64,000 nucleotides of DNA from Fluviicola sp. (GTDB taxonomy: Bacteria; Bacteroidota; Bacteroidia; Flavobacteriales_D; Crocinitomicaceae): NCBI RefSeq assembly GCF_039596355.1, contig NZ_JBCNJW010000012.1, forward strand, positions 36,072-100,071, read 5' to 3'. Below the pieces are notes generated by a model that worked only from the letters and a program-made list of their open reading frames with translations, searched no databases and was not told where the DNA came from. Shown here in pieces: positions 47,991 through 58,315 of this stretch. The position numbers were made by a program, and so were the translations under genes. Each line of letters begins with the position of its first letter. Within the stretch, counting starts at the first letter, position 1.

Positions 47991-50900
47991 ATGAAACAAA
48001 TAATACTATTCTTTTGTATCAGTGTTTTTTACGTTCAGCTGGCTGCTCAGGAGATTGAACATGCTCAATCAACGCATTATGCCCTGGTTGAAAATAAAGG
48101 ACAGTGGGCAGAACAAGTCTTGTTTCAATCGCGTTCACAGGGAAGTAATATCTGGGTGCAGCAGCACGGCTTCATTTACGACATCCGGGATTATTCCGGG
48201 GTCAAAAAAGCACACTCGCAGCGCATTGCAGATGAAAATAGTGCACAATTCCGCGGTACACTCGTCGGGGTGGAATTCATCAACTCCCGGGAAGTACAGG
48301 AAATCCGCAAAGAAAAACCCCTCGACTATTACTACAATTACTTCATCGGGAACGATTCTACGAAATGGACACACGATGTCCGTAGTTTCCAGGAAGCCAC
48401 CTTGGTGGATTTTTACCCGAATGTAGACCTGAAAGTCATCGACGCGGCATCTGAATTCAAATACGAATTGTGGTGTGCCCCGGGAACGGACTACAAACAA
48501 ATCCAGCTCCGGATGAAGGGTTTTTCGGACCTGGTGCTGGATAAAGCAGGAAACCTGGTTCTTTCCACTCCATTGGGAAAAATCACGGAGAAAAAACCGG
48601 TTGCTTACCAAATGCTGCACGGAAAACTGAGTCCCGTTTCGTGCAAATTCATTCTAAAAAAAGACATTGTGTCTTTTGAATTGGGAAAATACGACCCGGC
48701 GGCAACACTCATCATCGATCCGGTACTCATCTTTGCAACGTATTCCGGTTCACCGACAGATAATTTCGGGATGACGGCGACTTACGGCTACGACGGATCG
48801 GCCTATTCCGGGGGAACTATTTTCGGAAACGCCTACCCGACGCCTGATCCGCTGGCTTTTGATGTCACTTCGAATTTCACCACGACATACAACGGTTTGA
48901 CCACTACCGATGTGTTTATTTCCAAATATTCCCCGGACGGAACCACGATGATCTGGACCACTTTTCTCGGCGGCGGAAACACCACGCAGGGAACCGAAAC
49001 TGTTCACAGTCTGATCTGCGACAAACTCAATAACATCTATGTTTTCGGGATTACCGCATCTACTGATTTTCCACTCCAGAACCCGTTTCAAAATGCTCAC
49101 GGGGGAGGTTCAATGATCAACGTGCAATTCAACGGAGCCTATTTCGGAAGCCAGGGAACAGATATTTTTGTTTCCAAAATCAGTTCCAACGGACACAATC
49201 TCCTGGCTTCCACCTATGTCGGCGGAGCACAAAACGACGGGATCAATTACAAACTCAGTTCCGGAAACTACAATTCCGTAGCTGCATACGATTCCCTGAC
49301 GACCAATTACGGAGACCAGTTCCGGGGTGAAATCATGATCGATTCTGCCGGAAACTGCCTGGTTGCATCTTGCACGCGATCTACCAACTTCCCGACTTTG
49401 AATCCGTTCCAGGCTTCTTTGGCCGGACAGCAAGACGGGGTGATCTTCAAGCTTTCTTCCGACCTGAGTACCATGCTCTGGGGAAGTTATTTCGGAGGAA
49501 GCAATAACGACGCGTGTTATTCCGTGAAAATCGATTCGAGCTACAACGTCGTATTTGCGGGCGGAACTTCCAGTACGAACCTTCCCGGAACTGCAGGTGG
49601 TTTAAACCCGAATTACCTCGGCGGTAAATCAGATGGTTTTGTGGGAAAATTAACTCCGAACGGACAAACACTGACGCAGAGCACTTACATCGGGGCGAGT
49701 TTATACGACCAGGCATTCTTCGTTGAAATCAACCGGAATGACGAAGTATTTGTGCTAGGTCAGTCGGTAGGCGGAAACTTCCCGGTTATCAATTCTCAAA
49801 GTTATCCCAACAGCAGCCAGTTCATTGCAAAACTGAACCCTACACTTACATCCATTGTGAATTCGACCGTTTTCGGAAACGGCAACCCGAACATTAACAT
49901 CTCGCCTTCGGCATTTTTGGTTGATATTTGCGGAAATATGTACGTTTCGGGATGGGGAGCAAACATTTTACAGTCGACTCCGCTGAACGGAATGCCCGTT
50001 AGTTCGGATGCTTTTCAGAGCACACCGCCAAACGGATTTGACTTTTACCTGTTCGTTTACAAACGGGATTTTTCCGGTCTGCTCTACGGAAGCTACATCG
50101 GGGGGAACCAGGCAGAAGAACACGTAGACGGCGGAACTTCCCGCTTTGACAAAAACGGGGTGGTTTACCAATCGGTCTGTGGCGGCTGCGGCGGACACAG
50201 TGATTTCCCCACAACGCCCAACACCTGGTCGAACGCCAACCTGAATTCCGGGCCGGGAACGAACAACAACTGCAACAACCTCGTATTTAAATTCGATTTC
50301 CAATTGCTTCCGAAAGCAGACTTTACGACCAACGACCTGCTGGGATGCGAAGATTTCACCGTGACTTTGACCAACACCAGTTCCCCTTCAGACAGCTATG
50401 AGTGGGATTTCGGAAACGGACAGGGAACTTCTACGGAGTATTCTCCGACGGTTACATTTACCGTTCCGGGAGTTTACAATGTTCAATTGACCGTAACAGA
50501 CTCTGTTTGTCTGCTCACGGATACGGCTCAGATTCAAATCACCGTACTTCCGGAAATCCAGTTAACGGTATCAAACGACACGATTTTATGTTCACCGCTT
50601 CCATTGGTGTTCACCGCAAATTCAAGCGGATCAGCGGATTATTTTATCTGGTCTTCTTCGAATCAATTTTCCGACACATTGAACCCCAACGTGGCCGATT
50701 CGGTACTTCACGTCACTCCGGGAAGCACAACAACTTATTACGTCCAGGCAGGAAATGCCGCTTGTTCCAAAGTAGACAGCGTCACGGTCTATTTCGTCGG
50801 GGGAAGTCTCGTTATTTCCGGCAATGATTCTATTTGTTTGAACGATCCCACAACGCTCACGGCTTCTATCCAGATTCCGAATGTGAGTTTCACGTATGTG

Positions 50901-51566
50901 TGGAGTCCGATGTCTGTTTTAACGACTACCCCGCAGGAAAATGTAGTCATTGCAAATCCGCCGACCAGCCAATGGATTTATGTCGATGCAAACGGATCGA
51001 ACGGATGTTTTGACCGTGATTCGATCTTCGTGACCGTCGGTAATATTTCCGGAACGATCAGTGCCCAGGCCAATCCGCAATATGTTGTTCCGGGAAATTC
51101 CTCCACCTTGACCGCATCTCCGGCCGGTTATGCCTATACCTGGACTCCTGCTGCCGGATTGTCCAATCCACACGGGCAAATTACCCAGGCAACGCCAACC
51201 GAGACAACGAATTATACGGTTTTCATCACCGACGGAATCTGCGTCAAATCGGCATCCGTGAAAGTCAATGTACTGGAAGTGGTTTGCGACCGGACGTATG
51301 TGTATGTTCCGAATGCATTCTCCCCGAACGGAGACCATGAGAACGACGTGTTGTATGTGCGCAGTGTGATTGCAACCGAAATCCTCTTCCGCGTCTTTGA
51401 CCGCTGGGGAGAAATGGTGTTCGAAACCCGCGATCAGAATATCGGTTGGGACGGAACCTTCCGGGGCAAACTCCTGAAACCGGACACGTACGATTATTAC
51501 CTGGAAGCAAAATGTGTTCAGGGCGAACAAAAGATCATCAAAGGAAACGTGACCTTACTGCGTTAA
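47991..51566 (+). CDS. T9SS type-B sorting surface protein with SBBP-like propeller and PKD domains
   Basis: VENKGQW N-domain, LIIDPVLIFATYSG, D.FI.K repeats, EHVDGGTSRFD, PKD (YEWDFGNG), CTD YVPNAFSPNGD.END...FDRWGE..F...WDG. Confidence 0.9.
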   Translation: MKQIILFFCISVFYVQLAAQEIEHAQSTHYALVENKGQWAEQVLFQSRSQGSNIWVQQHGFIYDIRDYSGVKKAHSQRIADENSAQFRGTLVGVEFINSREVQEIRKEKPLDYYYNYFIGNDSTKWTHDVRSFQEATLVDFYPNVDLKVIDAASEFKYELWCAPGTDYKQIQLRMKGFSDLVLDKAGNLVLSTPLGKITEKKPVAYQMLHGKLSPVSCKFILKKDIVSFELGKYDPAATLIIDPVLIFATYSGSPTDNFGMTATYGYDGSAYSGGTIFGNAYPTPDPLAFDVTSNFTTTYNGLTTTDVFISKYSPDGTTMIWTTFLGGGNTTQGTETVHSLICDKLNNIYVFGITASTDFPLQNPFQNAHGGGSMINVQFNGAYFGSQGTDIFVSKISSNGHNLLASTYVGGAQNDGINYKLSSGNYNSVAAYDSLTTNYGDQFRGEIMIDSAGNCLVASCTRSTNFPTLNPFQASLAGQQDGVIFKLSSDLSTMLWGSYFGGSNNDACYSVKIDSSYNVVFAGGTSSTNLPGTAGGLNPNYLGGKSDGFVGKLTPNGQTLTQSTYIGASLYDQAFFVEINRNDEVFVLGQSVGGNFPVINSQSYPNSSQFIAKLNPTLTSIVNSTVFGNGNPNINISPSAFLVDICGNMYVSGWGANILQSTPLNGMPVSSDAFQSTPPNGFDFYLFVYKRDFSGLLYGSYIGGNQAEEHVDGGTSRFDKNGVVYQSVCGGCGGHSDFPTTPNTWSNANLNSGPGTNNNCNNLVFKFDFQLLPKADFTTNDLLGCEDFTVTLTNTSSPSDSYEWDFGNGQGTSTEYSPTVTFTVPGVYNVQLTVTDSVCLLTDTAQIQITVLPEIQLTVSNDTILCSPLPLVFTANSSGSADYFIWSSSNQFSDTLNPNVADSVLHVTPGSTTTYYVQAGNAACSKVDSVTVYFVGGSLVISGNDSICLNDPTTLTASIQIPNVSFTYVWSPMSVLTTTPQENVVIANPPTSQWIYVDANGSNGCFDRDSIFVTVGNISGTISAQANPQYVVPGNSSTLTASPAGYAYTWTPAAGLSNPHGQITQATPTETTNYTVFITDGICVKSASVKVNVLEVVCDRTYVYVPNAFSPNGDHENDVLYVRSVIATEILFRVFDRWGEMVFETRDQNIGWDGTFRGKLLKPDTYDYYLEAKCVQGEQKIIKGNVTLLR

Positions 51567-51657
51567 TGCAGCGATCAATGAAGCCGGGGAAGACAAAATC
51601 GTCTTTCCTTTCTTGTTTTGTGCTTTCCCAAGTAGGTAAAAGCATTATTTTTGCGGT

Positions 51658-52221
51658 ATGAAGTGGATTGGAAAAAGAATCAGTTATCTCGATGATCAAA
51701 GTAAAACAACATTCATCATTACTCCCGAACAGGTTGGTGTGGTGAAAGCTTTGATGGGCGCATGGTTTTTCATGTGGTTTGCAATCGGTGTAACGATCAG
51801 CTGGGCTTACTTCACGTTCACCTTTACCCAGCAGGAAAAAATCATCCTGGGGATTTTCATGGTTTTCTGGTTTTACTACTTTATCCGCGTCGGAAGAAGT
51901 TTTTTGTGGATCCTATACGGCCGGGAATACATCAAAGTTGACACCATTTCCATGACGATCAAAACCGGCATCAAAAGCTACGGAAAGGCAAAAGAATACT
52001 ACCTTGAAAACATCAAAAAAGTGCGCGTTTCCGTTCCGAAGGAAAATTCATTCCAGGCTGCATGGGAAAACTCTCCGTGGATTCGCGGTGGAGAACGCAT
52101 CGAATTTGAATACCTGGGGAAAACAATCCGTTTCGGGAGAAAACTCTCTCCGCAGGACTCCAAATTGCTGTTCCAGGTTCTGACCAAACGGATCGAAGAC
52201 CAGCTAAAAAAGAAGAAATAA
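51658..52221 (+). CDS. Hypothetical membrane protein (2 TM plus PH-like C-terminal part)
   Basis: Two hydrophobic helices; TAttTTTG at 51645-51652 gives a very short leader. Confidence 0.75.
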   Translation: MKWIGKRISYLDDQSKTTFIITPEQVGVVKALMGAWFFMWFAIGVTISWAYFTFTFTQQEKIILGIFMVFWFYYFIRVGRSFLWILYGREYIKVDTISMTIKTGIKSYGKAKEYYLENIKKVRVSVPKENSFQAAWENSPWIRGGERIEFEYLGKTIRFGRKLSPQDSKLLFQVLTKRIEDQLKKKK

Positions 52222-52224
52222 GGG

Positions 52225-52647
52225 TCAGATCACGATCCTCAAAACATCTTCGCGGTTCATTCCTTTGCGCAGGTGTTCCAGGATAATCGGGAATTTCTCA
52301 TCAATCCGTTCCGGGGTAAATCCCAGCTCCACCCCCATGCGTCTCACCAGGCGGGTTTCATTGGCATCCATATTGCCATCTACTCCCAAAAGCTGGATCA
52401 ATTGAATGAAGCGCTCGTAGCGCTCTTCCCGTGTAACCGGCGGAATGAAAGGATAATCTTCCGGGTTCTCACAAATCTCCTGCACCTGTTCTTCTGTCAG
52501 GGAAAGTTTCGTCGCAATACGTTTCAGCAGCTGATTCTCTGCCGGACTGATTGTTCCGTCGACTCTTGCGAGCATCACCAGGTTTCTGAAATGACCTTTC
52601 TGGCGAGCCTGTTCGCCGGAATCGAAGATATGTGAAAACGAACTCAT
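52225..52647 (-). CDS. TerB-family (tellurite resistance-like) protein
   Basis: LVMLARVDGTISPAE and GVDGNMDANE duplicated TerB motifs. Confidence 0.85.
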   Translation of the reverse strand: MSSFSHIFDSGEQARQKGHFRNLVMLARVDGTISPAENQLLKRIATKLSLTEEQVQEICENPEDYPFIPPVTREERYERFIQLIQLLGVDGNMDANETRLVRRMGVELGFTPERIDEKFPIILEHLRKGMNREDVLRIVI

Positions 52648-52756
52648 AATACCGATTTGATTTTTTACTAAGCTAAAAGATAATTTGTTTTATACTCCAG
52701 GTATCGGACCAAAAATCGTTAAATTAAAAAGTCTTTTCGATTATCAATTAACGGAT

Positions 52757-52803
52757 GCCTGTCTCGATACCCGTTTCGTACCTCACGGACTCGACATGAC
52801 ATC
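52757..52803 (-). repeat. REP-like element type 2 (GTCATGTCGAG...TATCGAGAC)
   Basis: Near-identical partial second copy at 52927-52962 (ATACCCg..CGTACCTCACGGACyCGACATGACATCC). Confidence 0.75.
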
Positions 52804-52991
52804 CTCAGAATCTCCTCTTTTCAATTCTCCATTAAAAAATAGAGCGCCTTGATCTAAATATTGGCAACAAGTTTCCTGAATTGTATCAAACCAATTTGAA
52901 GAATTAATAATCAGCTACTTATCCCAATACCCGGCGTACCTCACGGACCCGACATGACATCCGGAATTAAAAAACCTTTTTACCTTCTTAA

Positions 52992-53057
52992 TACTGAGCG
53001 ACCTGTAGTGAGCACTTGCAATGAGCTTGTCGAATTGTGTCGAACTAAGTCGAAGTA
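52992..53057 (+). repeat. Triple-nested REP-like palindrome
   Basis: tACTGAGCG[acctgtAGTGAGC[acttgcAATGAGCTTGTCGAATT]gtGTCGAACTa]AGTCGAAGTa. Confidence 0.75.
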
Positions 53058-53110
53058 TCAATTTTCCATTCTCAATTCTCAATTGTAAAATACGGAGTGG
53101 AATCGAACTC

Positions 53111-54889
53111 TTATTTTCGGATCAAACTCAGTGCCTTTATTTTGAGTGACCGGATCTCGATCTCTTTACTTCCCGGGTTCACAACATACGTCTGCAATTG
53201 ATCTCCTTTGTGATGAATCACCGGCAGGTTGAAGCGCACGTGCAATGTGTCCGTAGTACCTTCTTTTTTCAGGGAGTTCAACACCCAGGAGTTCCAACTG
53301 TAAGTACCGTGTTCACTGAATGCTTCAAAATGAATACTTCCGGGATGCAGGCTGTCGTTATTCTGGTAAACAACCTGGATATCCAGCAGTGTTTCATCCG
53401 TTTTCAATGTTGGAAAAAAGGATTGTTTTTCAATCGAAAGGCTTGTACTCCCTGCAATTCTGATGTTTTTCCGATCGCTAAACACTTGTTCTTCCACGAA
53501 AGCAAAATCGGGTTTTGTGTTCCGGAATTCCTCCGGCCAGTTCAGGTTTCCGCGATCAATTTCCAGGCGGTTTGATTGGTAATCCGGGATATATAGTTTT
53601 CCGAAAATGTACCAATACTGTTCCTTCGTCATCCGGTCCGGGTGGAGCAATCCCAGCGTAAATTGTTTTGACTGGAAAAGGGACAGCGAAGTAGTCAGCA
53701 ACAGGAAAACTACCGTTCCACCGGCCATGATCTTATTTCTCCCCAGGTAAACCAATGCCAATCCGAGCGGAACTGCCAGCAGCGGGTATAAATCGACCAT
53801 TGCTCTAGAACTGAAAGAAGCGGCATACCACCAGCATTCCCAGGAAGCAAAAATCCAGGTACACATCCCGACAGTGGAGAAAACACCCCAAAAGAGGGAT
53901 TTTTGCTTTTTATAAAGTTGCACAAATCCCGGAATCAGCAAAAGGAAAACCGGCGTATAGAGGAGCCAACCCTTTTTGTAGCTGAACAGGAAATCAAACA
54001 GGTGCGGATCCGTAATGACCACATTTTCCACATGCATATTGGGAATCAGCCAGCTTCCGCCGAGTATTTTCCAGTACAGGATCTGTGGCAGATTGAACAG
54101 CAGTCCCGCAAGCGGAAAAAGCAGGATTGATTTCCAATAACGTACGTTAGTCGTGTAAACTCCTCTCAGGAGGAACACCGGCAGCAAGCCAAGCAATACG
54201 TGCGTAGGTCGAATCGCCGAAATCAATCCCAAAGTCAAAGCCGCGGTGATGAGGTATTTCTTTTTATCCGGGAATTCCCTGCATTTCAGGAGTGCGTAAA
54301 AAAGCAATCCGATCAGCGCAAAAAGGTAAATATGCTGTAAATGATACGAATGAATGGCTGTTACCCAAAAGTTCGTTCCGAAGTAAACAAGTATCAGTAA
54401 TAAAGCACTAAGCTGTTCGGAAAAGAATAAACGCAGGATTTTAGATAGAAAAACGAGTCCCAGTAAAATAAAGAAAAGTGCATTCAACAGGTACGTAATG
54501 TGATACGGTTTGCTAAATCCATCCTTCGGATAACCCAGCATTTTCGCAAATCCATGCCCGATTGCGTAAGCGGGAAGTTCCAGGTAAGCCTGTCCCATGT
54601 GGTAAATATCCAGGTTATTTCCATTTTCCTGGAGTCTCAGCTGATACACCACTGTTCCATTGCAGTATTTGTTCTGAACCTCCTGTAATTCCTGCTGTTG
54701 AAAATTCAGATTCCGGTACTGGAACAACTGGGTCAGGTACATGTAGTACCCGTAGCCATCGTATGCGCAAACGCACGTGGACTCACCACGGACAACCTCC
54801 TGTATTTTCGACGAAAACTGAAGCGTAAAAACTCCCGCTATGAGGAAAATGGTGATTTGGCGGATATGTGATTGCAGGAATTTAAGCAT
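53111..54889 (-). CDS. Polytopic membrane protein, putative GT-C-fold glycosyltransferase
   Basis: [10 protein letters not shown] loop after TM1, about 11 TM helices, [23 protein letters not shown]-terminal soluble domain. Confidence 0.65.
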   Translation of the reverse strand: MLKFLQSHIRQITIFLIAGVFTLQFSSKIQEVVRGESTCVCAYDGYGYYMYLTQLFQYRNLNFQQQELQEVQNKYCNGTVVYQLRLQENGNNLDIYHMGQAYLELPAYAIGHGFAKMLGYPKDGFSKPYHITYLLNALFFILLGLVFLSKILRLFFSEQLSALLLILVYFGTNFWVTAIHSYHLQHIYLFALIGLLFYALLKCREFPDKKKYLITAALTLGLISAIRPTHVLLGLLPVFLLRGVYTTNVRYWKSILLFPLAGLLFNLPQILYWKILGGSWLIPNMHVENVVITDPHLFDFLFSYKKGWLLYTPVFLLLIPGFVQLYKKQKSLFWGVFSTVGMCTWIFASWECWWYAASFSSRAMVDLYPLLAVPLGLALVYLGRNKIMAGGTVVFLLLTTSLSLFQSKQFTLGLLHPDRMTKEQYWYIFGKLYIPDYQSNRLEIDRGNLNWPEEFRNTKPDFAFVEEQVFSDRKNIRIAGSTSLSIEKQSFFPTLKTDETLLDIQVVYQNNDSLHPGSIHFEAFSEHGTYSWNSWVLNSLKKEGTTDTLHVRFNLPVIHHKGDQLQTYVVNPGSKEIEIRSLKIKALSLIRK

Positions 54890-55451
54890 TCAGCTGGTGT
54901 TCGATAAAGTCGATTAGCGTATGGATGACTTTGATGTGGATTTCCTGTGCACGATCGGCATACTCCGCATAAGGAGCACGAATTTCGACATCACACAGAC
55001 CGGCCATTTTTCCACCGTCTTTGCCCGTCAGTCCAACGATTTTCATCCCTTTGGTTTTAGCTGTTTCTACCGCACGAAGCACATTCTTCGAATTACCGGA
55101 AGTCGAAATAGCCAGCAATACATCTCCCTGATTTCCCAAAGCTTCCAGGTAGCGCGAAAAGATGAATTCATAACCGTAATCGTTTCCGACACAACTGATA
55201 TGCGACGGATCGGAAATACTCAGCGCCGGGATTGCTCTCCGGTCATCGCGGTATCTTCCCGTCAACTCTTCTGCAAAATGCATCGCATCACACATGGAAC
55301 CTCCATTCCCACACGAAACAATTTTGCCCCCGTTTCGGATCGCAGAAACCATGAGATTTCCTGCCTCCTGAATCAGCTGATGATTCGCTTCGGTGTTAAA
55401 TTTTTGCAAAATTTCTAATGCTTCGTTAAAATGGTCTGCTATTTGTTTCAT
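54882..55451 (-). CDS. gmhA: D-sedoheptulose 7-phosphate isomerase (SIS domain)
   Basis: [38 protein letters not shown] divergent promoter at 55524-55531 argues against the longer ORF start. Confidence 0.92.
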   Translation of the reverse strand: MKQIADHFNEALEILQKFNTEANHQLIQEAGNLMVSAIRNGGKIVSCGNGGSMCDAMHFAEELTGRYRDDRRAIPALSISDPSHISCVGNDYGYEFIFSRYLEALGNQGDVLLAISTSGNSKNVLRAVETAKTKGMKIVGLTGKDGGKMAGLCDVEIRAPYAEYADRAQEIHIKVIHTLIDFIEHQLNA

Positions 55452-55565
55452 GCCTTCACAAATGGGATTTCCTGCCAAAAATAAATAATTATTGAGTGCG
55501 GTTACCATTTTGGATAAACTTGTTATATTTGAATTCGGAGTTGGCTCCATAACACAAAAACAACT

Positions 55566-55988
55566 ATGAAAAATATTCTACTTGCCATTCTAGCCTTAAG
55601 TTTAGGATTCAGTGCATCGGCCCAGAATGACTGTTTTAAGAAATTGGAAGATGCTTTTGCCAAAAGAGGGTCTTACACCGTTGCTGATGACATGCATAGA
55701 AATGTGATTGTAAGCTTTTTCACACCTGAAGGAACCGAATGTCTAACCGGAAAAGCACGCGTTGAAAACGGTACGGTTGTTTCCGTTTTTCTTCAATATG
55801 ACGATGGAACCTACTACCTGCTGGAAAAGAAATTTTACAATGCAAAAAAGACCAGCCCGGTGGTAACCAATGGAATTTCCGAAATGATTTTTACAGTAGA
55901 CGGAGAAAAATTCAGAGTAGTTTTCATCGATAAACTGAAGCCGAAAGCAAAATCTTACAAACCGGCAAACTTACCAGACGATTTATAA
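55566..55988 (+). CDS. Hypothetical exported protein
   Basis: Signal peptide [20 protein letters not shown]; own promoter and terminator. Confidence 0.75.
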   Translation: MKNILLAILALSLGFSASAQNDCFKKLEDAFAKRGSYTVADDMHRNVIVSFFTPEGTECLTGKARVENGTVVSVFLQYDDGTYYLLEKKFYNAKKTSPVVTNGISEMIFTVDGEKFRVVFIDKLKPKAKSYKPANLPDDL

Positions 55989-56005
55989 ACGACAATATAT
56001 TTTTC

Positions 56006-56033
56006 AAAAAGGAGGCTTCGGTCTCCTTTTTTT
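56006..56033. terminator. Bidirectional intrinsic terminator
   Basis: A5-GGAGGC-ttcg-GTCTCC-T7. Confidence 0.85.
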
Positions 56034-57276
56034 ATGCCAGAACATCCCGCTCATCCGGATTCTGAACCAGGATCACATAGGTGGTTCCGTGAGGCTCCAT
56101 TCGCACTTCCTTACTCCCGTCGAGTTGTTCGATCAGGGTATCGATCAGTACCAGCCCGAACGACGAAGGGCCAACTTGCGGTTTCCAGGTTCCGTTGTCA
56201 AAATACGTAATCCGCAGCCAGCCATCATCTCCTTCCCGTTGAATATCGATTTGAATACAAGCCGTTGAAAGATCCTCAAAAGCGTGTTTGAGTGAGTTCG
56301 AAACAAGCTCATTAATCAACAATCCCACCGGGATCAATGTTTTCAGGCCGATTTTACCAACTCCCGTTTTCACTTCGTAACGTACCCCCTGCTCATTCGC
56401 ACTCAGGTTTATGATTTCATTGATCAGTTCGTTCAGGTAATCGCCGATCCGGATTTGCGACAAGTTATCATTTTGATACAATTTCTGGTGAATCAGAGAC
56501 ATCGCCATGATGCGGTTGATGGATTCCTGGAACAGCGTGCGGAATTCGGGATTATCCACTTCCTGGCTCTGCATCCGGAGCAAACTGACCACAATCTGCA
56601 GGTTGTTCTTCACGCGGTGATGGATTTCCTTTACCAGGGTGGTTTTTTCGTCATTCTGAAGCGAAATCTTCACATTTTGCTCTTTCAACCGTTCCACCGC
56701 TTCGATCAGTTTCCGCTCCGAATAATGATTCAGATCGAGATACAGGTAAACGAGGTAATAATTCAGCGAGAAGCCGGCAATTAGTTCAATCACCAGGGAA
56801 ACCTTCTGGCTCACTGTGCGTATCTGCAGTTCTTCGATGTGGATGTTTAAGGAATAGAATACAAAAATGGCCAGGCTAACCAGGGAAACAAACAGAAGCA
56901 CAAAGCCAAAAACCCTTCCGATACAGAAAAAGGCCAGCGATATGGCCGCAAGCATCCACAACAAATCCGTCAGGTGGATTGTATTGTGAAATTCAATCAA
57001 AACGTAACTGCTGATCATAACACCGCTGATTGAGTAGATATAAAACACCAAAGCCGGGTTTCGCGTAAGCCACACGATCACCAAACACATGCCGCTGATC
57101 ACCAAACCGAACAGCATGGGAAGAAAGTTCTCCCTGGTATCGAAGAAATAGGCGCAGGCGAGAATCAGGAAGACAAATACGAATAGAATCGATACGCGAA
57201 ATGCCAGTTTCACTTTCAATTCCTCGAAATAGTTCTTTACCTCGTCAGGGATGGAAATAAGCTCTGTAGCACTCAA
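56032..57276 (-). CDS. Membrane sensor histidine kinase (HisKA_2 type), no adjacent response regulator
   Basis: KEIHHRVKNNLQ H-box, NELVSNSLKHAF N-box, DNG, SFGLVLI; N-terminal TM helices; TTG start. Confidence 0.9.
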   Translation of the reverse strand: MSATELISIPDEVKNYFEELKVKLAFRVSILFVFVFLILACAYFFDTRENFLPMLFGLVISGMCLVIVWLTRNPALVFYIYSISGVMISSYVLIEFHNTIHLTDLLWMLAAISLAFFCIGRVFGFVLLFVSLVSLAIFVFYSLNIHIEELQIRTVSQKVSLVIELIAGFSLNYYLVYLYLDLNHYSERKLIEAVERLKEQNVKISLQNDEKTTLVKEIHHRVKNNLQIVVSLLRMQSQEVDNPEFRTLFQESINRIMAMSLIHQKLYQNDNLSQIRIGDYLNELINEIINLSANEQGVRYEVKTGVGKIGLKTLIPVGLLINELVSNSLKHAFEDLSTACIQIDIQREGDDGWLRITYFDNGTWKPQVGPSSFGLVLIDTLIEQLDGSKEVRMEPHGTTYVILVQNPDERDVLA

Positions 57277-57366
57277 TTTAGTCAGTTGTTCGTTTCTCCT
57301 AATGTAAGGAGATTTTCTTTAGATTGTTAACCTTTAAGTCAAATCAAATTGCGTACTTTGTGAATC

Positions 57367-58149
57367 ATGAAACAAGTCGCATGGATTACGGGAGCTTCAT
57401 CGGGAATCGGTGAGGAAATCTGCAAACAACTTGCCCGAAAAGGAGTGAAACTGATTCTATCGAGTCGCAATGAAGACAAATTGCTGGCATTGCAAAAAGA
57501 GCTGGCTCACCCGGAGGAACACCTCATCGTTCCGCTGGACCTGGAGCACTCGGAAAACTTTGCAGAAGTGGTCAAACAAACCCTGGAACAAACCAAACGC
57601 ATCGATTACCTGTACAATTGCGGCGGACTCAGCCAGCGTGCAGAAGCCAGCGAAACATCCATCGAGACAGACCGGAGAATCATGGAAATCAATTATTTCG
57701 GAACCGTTGCACTGACGAAAGCGATATTACCCTACATGCAGGCTCAGAAATCCGGACACATCATTGCGATTTCCAGTATTGCCGGAAAATTCGGTTTCTA
57801 CCTGCGATCCGCATATAGTGCGAGTAAGCACGCTATTCAAGGTTTTTTTGAAAGTTTATTGCTGGAGGAAGCGAAAAACAATATTTCGGTAACGATTGCC
57901 TTTCCCGGAAAAATCAACACCCCGATTTCCATGAGTGCATTGGGGAAAGACGGAAAAGCACACGGGGAAATGGATCATAACCAAGCCACAGGAATGCCGG
58001 TAGCAGAATGTGTTTCCATTTTGCTGAAAGCAGTGGATAAAAAGAAAAAGGAAATCCTGATTGGAAATAAAGAAATCAATGCGGTGACGCTCAAGCGTTT
58101 CTTTCCGAAGTTATTCTGGAAGATTATTGCGAAACAGAGTGCTACCTAG
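57367..58149 (+). CDS. SDR family oxidoreductase
   Basis: TGASSGIG, YSASK catalytic motif. Confidence 0.93.
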   Translation: MKQVAWITGASSGIGEEICKQLARKGVKLILSSRNEDKLLALQKELAHPEEHLIVPLDLEHSENFAEVVKQTLEQTKRIDYLYNCGGLSQRAEASETSIETDRRIMEINYFGTVALTKAILPYMQAQKSGHIIAISSIAGKFGFYLRSAYSASKHAIQGFFESLLLEEAKNNISVTIAFPGKINTPISMSALGKDGKAHGEMDHNQATGMPVAECVSILLKAVDKKKKEILIGNKEINAVTLKRFFPKLFWKIIAKQSAT

Positions 58150-58164
58150 AGATTTGTTAGAGGG

Positions 58165-58315
58165 AAGACTTTTTTAGAGACAGGAGGCAAGACTTTTGGA
58201 GACAAAACTGATAGAGTCAAGACATGAAGACTAAAGGAGTCAGGAAGTAAGACCGTTCAGAATGAATCTTAGTCTTGTCTCCTGACTCTCATTATCTTGA
58301 TTATCTCTAAAGTCT
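58165..58315. repeat. Inverted AGAC/GTCT degenerate arrays without an ORF
   Basis: GAGACAGGAGGCAAGAC (58177), GAGTCAAGAC (58214) and GAGTCAGGAAGTAAGAC (58237) oppose TTAGTCTTGTCTCCTGACTC (58269-58288). Confidence 0.7.

Noticed and set aside
52225-52647. Tellurite-resistance or defence ter operon
   Set aside because: A single TerB-like gene with no other ter genes nearby.
52834-52920. Possible GIY-YIG or RAYT remnant between the REP copies (KIERLDLNIGNKFPELYQTNLKN*)
   Set aside because: Bounded by an in-frame stop immediately upstream, with no start codon and no diagnostic motif.
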